A stretch of DNA of 64,000 bases from an uncultured Kangiella sp. (GCA_947503345.1 CANNCW010000005.1:114454-178453); one strand, 5' to 3'. Counted from the first letter of the stretch, positions 1 through 10,295 are shown. Notes: generated by a model from the sequence alone, not told the origin. Made by a program: numbers and translations.

Positions 1-125
1 CCTTCAATCGAGTCGTGATCGGAAATCGCCAATTGCTCAAGACCAGATTCAACCGCCATATCAATTAATTCCAGCGGTGCTAGACTGCCGTCAGAAAAGT
101 AAGTATGGCTGTGTAAATCAATCAT
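1..125 (-). CDS. yciV: PHP-domain phosphoesterase (YciV/TrpH-like), N-terminal part; runs off the window edge
   Basis: Manual translation of the minus strand from ATG at 125: MIDLHSHTYFSDGSLAPLELIDMAVESGLEQLAISDHDSIEG, with PHP motifs DLHSHT-x-SDG and ISDHD. Divergent from yciB, the usual context. Confidence 0.85.
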   Translation of the reverse strand, partial: MIDLHSHTYFSDGSLAPLELIDMAVESGLEQLAISDHDSIE

Positions 126-249
126 GCTAATGGGCAAATTCTCTTTTAAAAATTACTATAGACCCCATTGTGCCCTGCTTTGCAGTTGGCGACAACAAAA
201 GGTAGACTTAGCGACAAATTATTTATTCGTTAATTTCTCTTGGAACAGC

Positions 250-852
250 ATGAAATTCTTAAAAGAAAACTATCCATTAGTAGGATTTTTAGTCGCTTAT
301 CTAGCGACCAAAAACTTAATCCTTGCCGCTGCGGTTTGGAGTGCCGGCTCCTTATTACAGATTGTAACTAGTTTAGTGACAAAAGAGCCTGTAAAGAAAT
401 CACACGTTGCTTACTTTGTAGTGGGATTAGCTTTACTAGCCATGGCCTACTTCTTTAACGATGACAGCTTTATCAAATGGAAAACCACTATAGTTGTTTG
501 GGCGGGTGCCTTGGTCATTATTGGTCGCCAATTAATCAGCAAAAAATACATTTTTATGGACTTAATGCAATCAAACATCGACTTTAAATCAGAGCCTCCA
601 ATTTCAAAATTAAACACCATTAATCTTGTGTGGTTTTTAACGCTAGTGGCGTTTGGTGCTTTGAATTTATATGTGGCTTATAACTTTAGTACCGACTTTT
701 GGTTTTATTTTAAAATGATTGGCTTGTTTGCCACCTTGATGGGACTGATCGTTGCCAGCTTTATTATTCTAGCGCAATACTTGAATTTTGAAGATGATGA
801 AGCCACTTCCAAAGAAGAAGGTATTACAAAAAATGAATCGGAAGGAGAATAA
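250..852 (+). CDS. yciB: Inner-membrane septation protein A (IspZ/YciB)
   Basis: Hydrophobic protein with the FIKWKTTIV motif, upstream of yciI. Start moved from 124 to ATG 250 because the longer ORF overlaps the divergent PHP gene. Confidence 0.8.
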   Translation: MKFLKENYPLVGFLVAYLATKNLILAAAVWSAGSLLQIVTSLVTKEPVKKSHVAYFVVGLALLAMAYFFNDDSFIKWKTTIVVWAGALVIIGRQLISKKYIFMDLMQSNIDFKSEPPISKLNTINLVWFLTLVAFGALNLYVAYNFSTDFWFYFKMIGLFATLMGLIVASFIILAQYLNFEDDEATSKEEGITKNESEGE

Positions 853-853
853 T

Positions 854-1153
854 ATGCTTTATCTTATTTACTCAGAAGATATCGAAAACTCTTTGCCAAT
901 GCGACAAACCGCTAGACCCGCTCATGTTGAGCGCTTAAAACAGCTTAAAAATGAAGGGCGTTTAATTATTGCAGGGCCAACTCCAGCAATAGACTCAAAC
1001 AATCCCGGCGAAGCTGGTTTTACTGGTTCTATGATCGTTGCTGAATTTGAATCGCTTGAAGCAGCCAAACAATGGGCTGATGCCGATCCTTATATCGACG
1101 TTGGCGTTTATAAAAAAGTCACAGTAAAACCTTATAACAAAGTATTACCTTAA
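854..1153 (+). CDS. yciI: YciI family protein
   Basis: MLYLIYSED...RPAHVERL...AGP...[23 protein letters not shown] matches the YciI pattern. SD GGAG precedes ATG 854. Confidence 0.92.
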   Translation: MLYLIYSEDIENSLPMRQTARPAHVERLKQLKNEGRLIIAGPTPAIDSNNPGEAGFTGSMIVAEFESLEAAKQWADADPYIDVGVYKKVTVKPYNKVLP

Positions 1154-1163
1154 GAGATTCCCA

Positions 1164-1427
1164 ATGATTGATAATAGTAAACGTATTGCTGAGATGGAAA
1201 AACGGCTAAATGCAAATTTAGCGCCAAGCCATTTAGAAATAATTGATGATAGCCATAAACATATTGGGCACGCGGGTGCTAAAGGTGGTCTTGGACATTT
1301 TACCCTTATCATTTCAAGTGATGCCCTCAACGACAAACGCATGGTTCAACAGCATCGACTAATTTACCAAGCCCTTGGCGAGATGATGCAAACGGATATT
1401 CATGCACTGAGTATAAAAATTCTTTAA
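1164..1427 (+). CDS. bolA: BolA family protein
   Basis: IIDDSHKHIGHAG...GHF...HRLIYQALG...IHALSI BolA motifs. Confidence 0.9.
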   Translation: MIDNSKRIAEMEKRLNANLAPSHLEIIDDSHKHIGHAGAKGGLGHFTLIISSDALNDKRMVQQHRLIYQALGEMMQTDIHALSIKIL

Positions 1428-1894
1428 TGGCATTAGTTAAGTTAGAAAGTTTTGAGTTTGTTTGGGAAGCGGAGCTAATCCGAAGCTTGCTTGAATCCGA
1501 AGGAATACAGGCTTTTGTTTTTGATGCTGAACATATAAGAGTTAATTGGGCTCTCAGCAATGCTTTAGGTGGCGTGAGGGTGATGGTGAACCAAATTGAT
1601 CTCAGCCAAGCACAAACTATCATGACAAACTGGCGTGACGGACAATACTCAGAATATTTAGAATCTAGCGAGCTTTTAATCTCAGAAGAAATGACCAGTA
1701 TTCCAGACGAACGAACTGATAACACTTGGCAAATAAAGAATTGCCCACAATGTAGTTCTGAAGATTTAACACCAATTTATAATAGCATTTTTACTTTTCT
1801 TTTTTTTCTTTTTATTGGTCCAGCTCCCGGAAAAACTATTGGCATGAAATGTAAATCTTGTAATCATCGACACTTATATAAACAAATAGAATAA
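1427..1894 (+). CDS. DUF2007-like (putative signal-transducing) protein with C-terminal CxxC...CxxC and one TM segment
   Basis: EAELIRSLLESEGI...GGVRVMV N-terminal pattern; CPQC and CKSC flank a hydrophobic stretch. Confidence 0.65.
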   Translation: MALVKLESFEFVWEAELIRSLLESEGIQAFVFDAEHIRVNWALSNALGGVRVMVNQIDLSQAQTIMTNWRDGQYSEYLESSELLISEEMTSIPDERTDNTWQIKNCPQCSSEDLTPIYNSIFTFLFFLFIGPAPGKTIGMKCKSCNHRHLYKQIE

Positions 1895-1918
1895 AAAGGA
1901 GGCAATCGCCCCCTTTTT
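1893..1918. terminator. Bidirectional intrinsic terminator between convergent genes
   Basis: AAAAAGGAGGC-AATC-GCCCCCTTTTT, one mismatch, A/T tails on both sides. Confidence 0.7.
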
Positions 1919-1931
1919 ATTATCACTTATA

Positions 1932-4900
1932 TTAACCCTTTCGACGTCTTCTCAATCCTAACAACGATAATGCTAATAAAGTTAATAACCCAGTGCTACC
2001 ACCGCCACTAGACTCGTTATTTACATTAATGTCATTGACAATGATATTAATAGGAGCAGTAGCTTCCCCTCCAAAGGAGTCTGTCACTGTAACTTCTATA
2101 GTTAAAGTAGTTCTCGTTGCAACTTCGGGTGCGGTAAAAGTTACACTACCTGTATTTGTAGAACTAAACACTACCATAGGACCATTAGTTTGTGTCCAAC
2201 TATACATTAATGAGTCGCCATTAGGATCCGAACTTATATCAGCATTCAATGTTACGGACGTTCCTTCATTAACTGTTCCAGATGACGCTATAACCCTAGC
2301 AATCGGAGGCAAATTCGCTTCTATATTGACGATAACTTGTCCTTTAGATTCATCTGTTCCATCAGACGCTGTCACTTCAAAAATTAGTTGTGTGTCGATA
2401 TCCACATCTGGAGATGTAAAACTTGCAACCGCAGTATTATCATTTTCTAAAGAAACAGAAGGCGAGCCTGATACTTGAACCCAGTTATAATTAAGAGTAT
2501 CACCTTGCGGATCAGTTGAGCCACTGGCATCTAAACTAACCACAACATTTTCTCTGACATTAAGGCTTGATTGTGCAAGATTCACCACAGGCGCTTCACT
2601 ATTACAAGTAACAGCGTTGGTAATTTCACCTGATAAGAATGCATCAGTTACACCAATAAACTTAATATTATCAATCGTCCAACCAACTCCTCCAGTATTT
2701 GCATCAGTACCTTGACGGAAGCGAATACGAGCAGTTTTACCTGCATGAGCCGTACCAAAAGCTAGTGTCTCATTAATATATCCTGAAGCAGCGTTCACAA
2801 AAGCAGCTCTTTCACTAATTGGGCTATCGTTATTTTGTCTGATAGTACCATTATAACCAGTAGAGAAAGCCCCACTAGCGGCAGTCACATCAACCCATGC
2901 GCCACCATCGATGCTAATCTCGACAACTCCGCCATCCCAAGAGCCGTCCTCAAAATTATAGGTATGCTCAAACTCAATTGAAAAAGCATCATTGCCAATT
3001 GTTAATTCTGGACTTACAAAACTAATGTCAGAACGGAAACCGTTATCAATAAACATCAAAGCATTTCCTAAATCTGCACGACCATCTACTGAAGTAATGA
3101 TTTTCGCCGTATCAATTGCAACTTGTGCACCATCACCAATGGTCATAGAACCTGACTCTCTTGTCCAATCCTTTTCAGCAGCGGCAATACTTGCAAAATC
3201 TTCGGTATCACGAGTCGCATCTGGCCCCAAATCAAAATTAACTTTATAAGTTAAAGTTTCTATTTCTGGCTCAACAATCACATCCCCAGAAGTTGCTTCT
3301 GGGAATTGAACATTAAGATCAATATTTTGTGCTGTAGTTGCAGAGTTTAAAGTGACTTCAAACGTCACATCTTTCGTCTCAAAATGATTTAGACTAGCGA
3401 TAGTTTGTAACCCGTTATTGTTAAAACTAACATCTGCTAAAGAATTCATTTGTACTGCAACGTTAGAAAGAGGCTCACTACCTGTATTCTTAACAGAAAC
3501 CGTTAATAACGCTGTTTCGCCTGCATCTAAAATTCCATCATCAGTGCAAAAACCTGTACCGCCGGTGTATGCATTATCAATATTACTATCAGCAAAATTA
3601 TAACGTGACTGTCTAGCAACAAAACTCTCAACAACCCCTGCATGGTCAGTTGAGTCTTTCGATGGTGAAAGAGCTCCTACGCCCATACCACGCTTTGCAA
3701 AAGCATCTAACATCAAACCGTAATCAACGTTATTTGATGCCAAAGCTACGGCTAACAATGCATCGCGAGCTTCTGTAAAAGTTGGTGCTACTGGTGTCAT
3801 TTTCAAAGATGCTACAAGATAATTTTTCATTTTGTCTTGAGCAGTGGAAAAATCATAAGTATTCAATAATGAAGCGTAAATTTCCCATAAAACTGTCGCC
3901 CAATAATTACCTGAGTTATGAACTTGGGAATTATTAGAGCCATCAGCACCAAATTGAACAGGGTGAGCTGTTGGCAATGGATTGCCATTTGAAACATGTT
4001 TAAACGTTAAAGCATTTTGCTCCATATTCGTTGAATAAGGAACTCGTCTGATACCAAAATAAGCATCGTTATCAGCCCAGCCATACATTGGATACAAGGC
4101 ATGATACTGTTCATTCCCAGCAACATTTTTATCATTTTCTCCAACATAAGAAAGTAAGGCCATAAAATCACCCCAACCTTCACCCATACCACGGCCTTGT
4201 TGGTTACTTAAACCAAAAGCATTTCCAACTAAACGATTGGTGATGTAGTGTCCCCATTCATGAGCAACGATGGCATTATCCAAGGTTCCGTCGACGTCAG
4301 TATTGTCTCTAAACAAGGTAGCAGTCACAGTACCCGCGTCCATTGCTGTGCGAATAGTAACGCCATCATTTTGTGAAACCATCATGCTTGGAATGGTAAT
4401 GGTATTATCATCACCGCCCATAGTTATAACCTGTGTTGCATCTCTATTATTTGCCACTATGACAGCAATTGCGCCAGCATCCTGAGAGTTTTTAACTTTG
4501 TCTGTAAAGTTACACTCCCCTCTATCCACCAAAGCAATTTTACCTGAAAGTGAAGCCCCATTAGTAGGAGCTGTACAGGCGTCAAATTCGGGAGCTGTAG
4601 CATCCGTATAAGCAATCAAATCACCCGTTGTCTCTGGGTACTCAAGAGGACCAAAGCCTGCTAAGCCAACAGTCGGATTAACTAGCCCTGTAACCCCTGA
4701 CAATGTTAACTGGAAGTCTTCGCCTTGAGTGGCAGGACCATCATAAAGATACATTTGCATTCTTGGAGGAAAACCATCAGAAGGCGTAGCCATGTTGGCA
4801 TTATTTCTACCCGAAGAATCTTGCCCTTCTGCATTTATGGCATCATTGCCGGCGCCACCACGACTATAGTTATCATTTTGAGCATTCAGTGAAGCTTCAT

Positions 4901-6146
4901 CAAACCCAGAGTCATACATCCAGTCGTGCAACCAGTTATTCATATAAAAAAGATTTACGATTGCTGCATTTCTGGAGTTGTTTGCGCCAGCATTATCGGG
5001 ATTATAAGAATAGTCAAAGGTGTTAGCAGAAGTAGTAGAGGCTCTAAAGTCAGAGTCATTAAAACCTTGTCCACCAGAAATATCCAAATAAGCATCAACA
5101 TTATTACCACTTGTGGTAGTTGCACCCGAAGCTAACCATGGATCATTTCTTGAAAATGGTGCTGACTCTAAGGTGACTAACTGGTGTGATGCAGCTTGGT
5201 AAACTCTAGGATTATTTGCATTCACAGTTACAGGATCGGTACCGACAATTGGATACTCATGACCTTGAGGCCCTTCAAATAAAGGGGCTTTCGAGCTATC
5301 CGGCGTAAACACACGGTAAGTAAAGCTTTCAGATTCAACCAAATTCTTACGTGCTAGGACCTTTCCATCACTAGCATCAATAACATAAGAATAAGCAAAT
5401 TGTTCGCCTTGCTTATCTTTACCAAAAAACTCTAAATAGTAAGCTAAGTGTAACTTACCAAACGAATCAAACCAGACTTGTTTGCTTCGTGCATCTTTAT
5501 CTAGTTGAAATTCACTGTGACTTTGAGTTACTGAATAATTCTGATAATTACCAACTTTTTGCGTAGGCTGAACTACGGCAAATGCACTGCCATCAAATAG
5601 ATCTTTTAAAGCAAACTGGAAAGCTTCATCCGCATCAACATTATTAGTTAAAGCTTTAGTATTATCCAAAAGTTTAGGGTCAGCAAAATGGCCGGATGAT
5701 GCGATCAAGTTATGCTGGCTATCCATTAATACATTGAACTCACGCCCGATAACTTCTTTACCTCCAATATATTGCTGATACTTTGCAATAATAGGGCTAT
5801 CGCCTAGATTATGTACCATTTTTAAAGTGGCACTTTGATAGGAGCCTTTTGATTTAGCTAGGCTTTCTGTGGCAACTTGCGGCATCAATTTTGAAAAATA
5901 ATGATTTGCATAAAACTGATCCTTATTAGCTGTACTTTTTGAATTAGGAATTACAGGTTTATCAAGCTGACCATTTACAAAATTCACTAAATGTTGTCTA
6001 GTGACTGCAGTCTTATGTAACTGTCCCTGGCTGTTTGAAAGGTAATAATAATTTTCTTTAGAATTGGTAGATACATCTGCAATCGCAGACAATCCAATCA
6101 ATCCAGATGAAACCGCCATCGAAATTAATGTTTTCTTATAAGACAT
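1932..6146 (-). CDS. Secreted M36 (fungalysin) metallopeptidase with propeptide, PA domain, two PKD-like domains and a GlyGly-CTERM sorting signal
   Basis: Signal peptide; HEWGH zinc motif followed by GMGEGWGD; PA insert KIALVDRGECNFTDKVKNSQDAGA; two LDASGSTDP/LNADISSDP repeats; C-terminus SSGGGSTGLLTLLALSLLGLRRRRKG. Confidence 0.9.
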   Translation of the reverse strand: MSYKKTLISMAVSSGLIGLSAIADVSTNSKENYYYLSNSQGQLHKTAVTRQHLVNFVNGQLDKPVIPNSKSTANKDQFYANHYFSKLMPQVATESLAKSKGSYQSATLKMVHNLGDSPIIAKYQQYIGGKEVIGREFNVLMDSQHNLIASSGHFADPKLLDNTKALTNNVDADEAFQFALKDLFDGSAFAVVQPTQKVGNYQNYSVTQSHSEFQLDKDARSKQVWFDSFGKLHLAYYLEFFGKDKQGEQFAYSYVIDASDGKVLARKNLVESESFTYRVFTPDSSKAPLFEGPQGHEYPIVGTDPVTVNANNPRVYQAASHQLVTLESAPFSRNDPWLASGATTTSGNNVDAYLDISGGQGFNDSDFRASTTSANTFDYSYNPDNAGANNSRNAAIVNLFYMNNWLHDWMYDSGFDEASLNAQNDNYSRGGAGNDAINAEGQDSSGRNNANMATPSDGFPPRMQMYLYDGPATQGEDFQLTLSGVTGLVNPTVGLAGFGPLEYPETTGDLIAYTDATAPEFDACTAPTNGASLSGKIALVDRGECNFTDKVKNSQDAGAIAVIVANNRDATQVITMGGDDNTITIPSMMVSQNDGVTIRTAMDAGTVTATLFRDNTDVDGTLDNAIVAHEWGHYITNRLVGNAFGLSNQQGRGMGEGWGDFMALLSYVGENDKNVAGNEQYHALYPMYGWADNDAYFGIRRVPYSTNMEQNALTFKHVSNGNPLPTAHPVQFGADGSNNSQVHNSGNYWATVLWEIYASLLNTYDFSTAQDKMKNYLVASLKMTPVAPTFTEARDALLAVALASNNVDYGLMLDAFAKRGMGVGALSPSKDSTDHAGVVESFVARQSRYNFADSNIDNAYTGGTGFCTDDGILDAGETALLTVSVKNTGSEPLSNVAVQMNSLADVSFNNNGLQTIASLNHFETKDVTFEVTLNSATTAQNIDLNVQFPEATSGDVIVEPEIETLTYKVNFDLGPDATRDTEDFASIAAAEKDWTRESGSMTIGDGAQVAIDTAKIITSVDGRADLGNALMFIDNGFRSDISFVSPELTIGNDAFSIEFEHTYNFEDGSWDGGVVEISIDGGAWVDVTAASGAFSTGYNGTIRQNNDSPISERAAFVNAASGYINETLAFGTAHAGKTARIRFRQGTDANTGGVGWTIDNIKFIGVTDAFLSGEITNAVTCNSEAPVVNLAQSSLNVRENVVVSLDASGSTDPQGDTLNYNWVQVSGSPSVSLENDNTAVASFTSPDVDIDTQLIFEVTASDGTDESKGQVIVNIEANLPPIARVIASSGTVNEGTSVTLNADISSDPNGDSLMYSWTQTNGPMVVFSSTNTGSVTFTAPEVATRTTLTIEVTVTDSFGGEATAPINIIVNDINVNNESSGGGSTGLLTLLALSLLGLRRRRKG

Positions 6147-6275
6147 GTTGAACCCCTAAAATCAGAAAGTGTAAATAAAATAGACGCAATTAAACAAATA
6201 ATGTTGCAAGATAGCACAAAAAACAATCGTTACATTGTACTATTCCTCAATATTATGTATCTAATTGTAGCTTTG

Positions 6276-7217
6276 TTATCTCTTAGGAAGATATTTCAAT
6301 GGATCCGTTGGCTTACCTTTGTAACGGATTTCAAAGTGAAGTTTGGGCAAGTCTGTATCAGAGTTTCCGATTTCGGCAATTTTTTGTCCCGCTTTTATGA
6401 TTTCGTTTTCCTTAACTAAGATTTTACGATTATGGGCATAGGCACTAATAAAGCTGTTGTTGTGTTTGATAATCACTAAATTCCCATAACCTCTTAATCC
6501 ACGCCCGGCATAAACGACTCTTCCAGAAGCGGACGCACGAACTGGGTCACCGATATTCCCTGATATATCAATACCTTTGCGTCCAGTAGCGATAAAACCT
6601 TTAGTGACGCTCCCCATATTGGGCCAAATCCAGAATTTAACTGGATTATTACTGTCAACCACCCTGGCGGGGTTACTAATTGGCTTTGCAACGGGTTTCG
6701 ATACAGGTTTCGGTTTATTCGTAACAACAGGTTTTGGTTTAATTATTACTGGCTTTATTTGAGGCTTACTAGTGGAGATTTGGGCTGTAGTTTCCCTTGG
6801 CTTACTGACCGGTTTCGGTCTTGGAGTAATTGCAACAACACTACTAGTTGACTCTTGATAATTTCTGGCAGCCTCTATATCTAATTGTTGTCCAACATTA
6901 ATGAGGTAGTTTGAATTAATACCATTAGCTTTAGCCAAAGTTTGATAATCAAGTCCGAAGCGAAATGCTATGGAATAAAGGGTATCACCGGCTTTAACTT
7001 GGTAAGTTTGAAGTTTTGCGTCAACAGCAGAAAAACCATCATTATCATCCACACTAACTCTTGAACCATTAGTTTTACGCTCTTCAACCACTGCCAATCG
7101 TTTTTTACCGCAAGCAGACAGGGATAATACTGAAATTAGAACAAATATCAGAAATAAAGCCTTAGCAAATGGCTTTTTGAAATAATTCGATTCTGGCTGA
7201 GTAACGCATTTATCCAT
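6276..7217 (-). CDS. nlpD: LysM + M23 murein hydrolase activator lipoprotein NlpD
   Basis: Lipobox LSAC; LysM YQVKAGDTLYSIA; M23-like GIDI...YAGRGLRGYGNLVIIKH...LHFEIR; follows pcm-yqaA. Confidence 0.9.
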   Translation of the reverse strand: MDKCVTQPESNYFKKPFAKALFLIFVLISVLSLSACGKKRLAVVEERKTNGSRVSVDDNDGFSAVDAKLQTYQVKAGDTLYSIAFRFGLDYQTLAKANGINSNYLINVGQQLDIEAARNYQESTSSVVAITPRPKPVSKPRETTAQISTSKPQIKPVIIKPKPVVTNKPKPVSKPVAKPISNPARVVDSNNPVKFWIWPNMGSVTKGFIATGRKGIDISGNIGDPVRASASGRVVYAGRGLRGYGNLVIIKHNNSFISAYAHNRKILVKENEIIKAGQKIAEIGNSDTDLPKLHFEIRYKGKPTDPLKYLPKR

Positions 7218-7236
7218 ATATCAGTCAGACACCAAT

Positions 7237-7824
7237 TTACTTAAAAAGTTGATAGGCGAGATAAGCAACAATGGCTAATACTAAAACAGCCCAGCCGATA
7301 ATTTCCATATATTGGCGAAGTTTATCTTCCATATCTTTACCACCCCACTTAGCCAACCCTGCAATTAAAAAAAACTGAGCGGCACGACCTACAATAGATG
7401 CAATCAAAAATGGCAAGAAAGTCATCTGCATAGCACCAGCAGTTAAGGTTAGGATTTTATAAGGTATTGGCGAGAAGCCAGCAATAAGAACAATCCATAT
7501 GCCATAAGTTTCAAACCAACCTTGGGCTTTTTCGATTTTACCTTGCCAACCAAACTGCTCTATCATTGGTGAAACTAGCGAATCGAAAGCATAAAAGCCG
7601 ATAAAATAAGCTGTGATCCCACCTAAGACTGAAAACAAAGTGGCGATAAAAGCTAAGCGCAAAGCTTGATTAGGTTTTGCCAATGCCATTGGTGCAAACA
7701 TAATTGCGGTTGGAATGGGGAAAAAAATCGACTCAATAAAACTGATAAAGCCTAAGATATAAACGGCATATTTGTGACGAGCCCATTCTAAACACTTGTC
7801 ATAAAGGCTGGTGAAAATCTTCAA
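7237..7824 (-). CDS. yqaA: DedA/YqaA family membrane protein
   Basis: SFIESIFFPIP and FSPIPYK motifs; conserved pcm-yqaA-nlpD position. Confidence 0.88.
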   Translation of the reverse strand: MKIFTSLYDKCLEWARHKYAVYILGFISFIESIFFPIPTAIMFAPMALAKPNQALRLAFIATLFSVLGGITAYFIGFYAFDSLVSPMIEQFGWQGKIEKAQGWFETYGIWIVLIAGFSPIPYKILTLTAGAMQMTFLPFLIASIVGRAAQFFLIAGLAKWGGKDMEDKLRQYMEIIGWAVLVLAIVAYLAYQLFK

Positions 7825-8489
7825 CGAGCAACGCCTCCCACTAGCGGTACAAACTTAACTTTTTCTACAAAGGTTTTACGGAATTTATCACCCTGCCTTT
7901 CCACTAAATACAACTCTTGTTCGGCTTCTTGCGTTCCCACAGGAATAATCATACGACCGCCGTCAGCCATTTGTAACAATAGTTTCTCTGGAATTTGTGA
8001 AGGTGCAGCAGTAACGATAATGGCGTCGAAAGGCGCGTTTTGTTGCCAGCCATTAAAGCCATCGGCAAATAATAATTGAATATTATGCAAGTTCAAATTG
8101 GCTAAAGTTTTGCGTGCTTTTATGTGAAGATTCCGGATACGCTCTACAGAAAATACCGTTTTACAAGTTTTCGCCAAAACCGCGGTCTGATAACCACAAC
8201 CTGTTCCAATTTCCAAAACCTTATTGGTAGGTCCGGTTTCTAATAATATCTCCGTCATTCTCGCTACGGTATAAGGTTGCGAAATGGTTTGTCCATCACC
8301 AATAGGAAGTGCTGTGTTTTCATAAGCGCGATGTGAAAGCCCTTCATCAATAAAAAGATGGCGCGGCGTTTCCTCCATGATAGTCAAAACACTTTGATTC
8401 TGAATACCTTCAGAAGTTAACCATTGCACTAAACGACTACGCGTTCTTTGCGAAGTCATGCCAATTCCCGATAAATGTGATGCATTCAT
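7821..8489 (-). CDS. pcm: Protein-L-isoaspartate O-methyltransferase
   Basis: GIGMTSQRTR, QTISQPY, VLEIGTGCGYQ, PFDAIIVTAA. Confidence 0.97.
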   Translation of the reverse strand: MNASHLSGIGMTSQRTRSRLVQWLTSEGIQNQSVLTIMEETPRHLFIDEGLSHRAYENTALPIGDGQTISQPYTVARMTEILLETGPTNKVLEIGTGCGYQTAVLAKTCKTVFSVERIRNLHIKARKTLANLNLHNIQLLFADGFNGWQQNAPFDAIIVTAAPSQIPEKLLLQMADGGRMIIPVGTQEAEQELYLVERQGDKFRKTFVEKVKFVPLVGGVAR

Positions 8490-8502
8490 AAACTAGATCT
8501 TA

Positions 8503-9252
8503 TTAAAATTGTTGTAAAAATTTTTCTAATTCGTCAAAACTATTATAAGCAGTTAGATCCACAATAATAGGCGTTATCGAAACATAACCATTCTCAACCG
8601 CATGAAAGTCAGTGCCCTCTCCAACATCTTGACCTTCTGGCTGTGGTCCAATCCAGTAAATATCACGCCCTTTAGGATCTTTAGCTGGAATAATAGTATC
8701 AGCCCGATGCCTATTTCCCAAGCGAGTTAGCTTAAAACCTTTGATTTTCTCATAAGGTACATCAGGAACATTAATATTAATCACGCGATTGCTGCTAATT
8801 GGCGTATTTATTAGCTTTTCAATCACCTCAACAGCAACTTTTGCCGCTGTTTCGTAATGGCTACAATTATGACCATTGAGCGACACAGCAACTGCGGTAT
8901 GGCCTAAAGCACGCCCTTCCATTGCAGCGGCGATAGTGCCTGAATAAAGTGCATCATCACCCAAGTTCGCACCTGTATTAATACCCGCAACTACCATATC
9001 AGGTGCTTGCTCCATCAAATGGTGCGTTCCTAAATGAACACAATCGGTTGGAGTTCCAGTTACCGAATAAAAACCTCTTTCGGTTTTATGAGCACGAATA
9101 GGCTGATCTAATGTTAAAGAGTTCGAAGCTCCACTACGGTTACGATCAGGCGCAACTACCGTTACATCGGCGATATTGGATAAATGGTCATACAGCTCAT
9201 TAATTCCTGGAGCGAAAAAACCATCATCATTACTAAGTAATATTTTCATCAT
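8503..9252 (-). CDS. surE: 5'/3'-nucleotidase SurE
   Basis: ILLSNDDG, VAPDRNRSGAS, GTPTDCV, SGTIAAA. Confidence 0.97.
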   Translation of the reverse strand: MMKILLSNDDGFFAPGINELYDHLSNIADVTVVAPDRNRSGASNSLTLDQPIRAHKTERGFYSVTGTPTDCVHLGTHHLMEQAPDMVVAGINTGANLGDDALYSGTIAAAMEGRALGHTAVAVSLNGHNCSHYETAAKVAVEVIEKLINTPISSNRVININVPDVPYEKIKGFKLTRLGNRHRADTIIPAKDPKGRDIYWIGPQPEGQDVGEGTDFHAVENGYVSITPIIVDLTAYNSFDELEKFLQQF

Positions 9253-10288
9253 TCTTTTCTACTTTTAAATCCACTAATTCACGCAACAAGCTAGTAGCAA
9301 AAGCCCCTTTAGGCAGACTAAAGCTTAATTCAAGTTCGTTTTCTGAAGACCAGCTAACTTGAAGCTCATTCGGAAATACTCTAATCACTCTCGCATCTAA
9401 GGACAAACCTTTTGTGGCTAATTTATCAATAGTGTCAGAGTATTCATTTAATATCTTCTGCTCGAAATCGCGAGCTTGACCAGAGTTTTTATCTCTGCCT
9501 CGTCCTACCAAACTTGCGGTAGGGTGAATATCTTTGTCATCATAACGAGCTTGCTCTACAGCAATATCCTCAACCATAAATCCTGACTCAGAACCATCCA
9601 GTTGAACATAATCACCATCTAAAAGCTGATTAAAAAGTCCTTGGTCTATACGTTTAGAAAGCAAATCATTAAAGATCGCCGAGCGAATGGCTGAAAACAT
9701 TAAGCCTTGCAGATTACGATTTTTTAGACGCTTATTAGCTTTCAATAAATCCAAACCACGTGCCAAATTATCCCCATTATGACCAAAACGTTGCTCACCA
9801 AAATAATTTGGAAAGCCCATTTGTTCAATTTGCTTTAATTTGTTTTCAATTATGTCTTTATTGCCCGAAAAGTTTCTAAGCTTGATTGTAAACTGATTTG
9901 ATTTAACTGCCCCAATCCGTAGTTTTTTATCATGTCTTGTTGCAATTAATACCTTAACTTCATCATCATTAAAACCTTGCCAATCAATTTCTTGTAGCAG
10001 TGGCAGCTGAACGCTAAACCACTGACGAGCTATAGCAAAACGATCCTTTTTACCCGCATAACCAATATCTAAGGGCTTAACATCTGCAAAACGGCGCAGT
10101 TTATGACAAACAATATCAGTATTAACGTTTATTTTTTCGATAAATAATAAATGATGGGCACCTTCGCCGGATGGCTCAAAGCGTAAAGTTTCAGTCACTC
10201 GGAAATCTTCGATTTGCGCTCTGAACTGAGCTTGCCCTGCGGGCTCGCCGGTTAGGCGAGACCAGTTGTATAAGGTTATATCGGACAT
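9233..10288 (-). CDS. truD: tRNA pseudouridine(13) synthase TruD
   Basis: YAGKKDRFA (catalytic Asp), PNYFGEQRFG, FSLPKGAFATSLLREL. Confidence 0.95.
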   Translation of the reverse strand: MSDITLYNWSRLTGEPAGQAQFRAQIEDFRVTETLRFEPSGEGAHHLLFIEKINVNTDIVCHKLRRFADVKPLDIGYAGKKDRFAIARQWFSVQLPLLQEIDWQGFNDDEVKVLIATRHDKKLRIGAVKSNQFTIKLRNFSGNKDIIENKLKQIEQMGFPNYFGEQRFGHNGDNLARGLDLLKANKRLKNRNLQGLMFSAIRSAIFNDLLSKRIDQGLFNQLLDGDYVQLDGSESGFMVEDIAVEQARYDDKDIHPTASLVGRGRDKNSGQARDFEQKILNEYSDTIDKLATKGLSLDARVIRVFPNELQVSWSSENELELSFSLPKGAFATSLLRELVDLKVEKNDENIT

Positions 10289-10295
10289 TATTTTA

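Noticed and set aside
124-249. Long N-terminal extension of YciB (and similar extensions of recJ, rplS, uspA, ypjD, LysM/BON, msrA)
   Set aside because: ORF-caller artefacts; downstream starts match family N-termini, mostly have better SD or coupling, and avoid overlaps.
1993-5135. Plus-strand ORFs (1993-2478, 2992-3249, 3418-3603, 4270-4485, 4926-5135) as overlapping genes
   Set aside because: Antisense shadows of the M36 gene with no motifs. The same applies to shadow ORFs over his genes, eno, pyrG, mazG, relA, barA, ffh and the RND gene.
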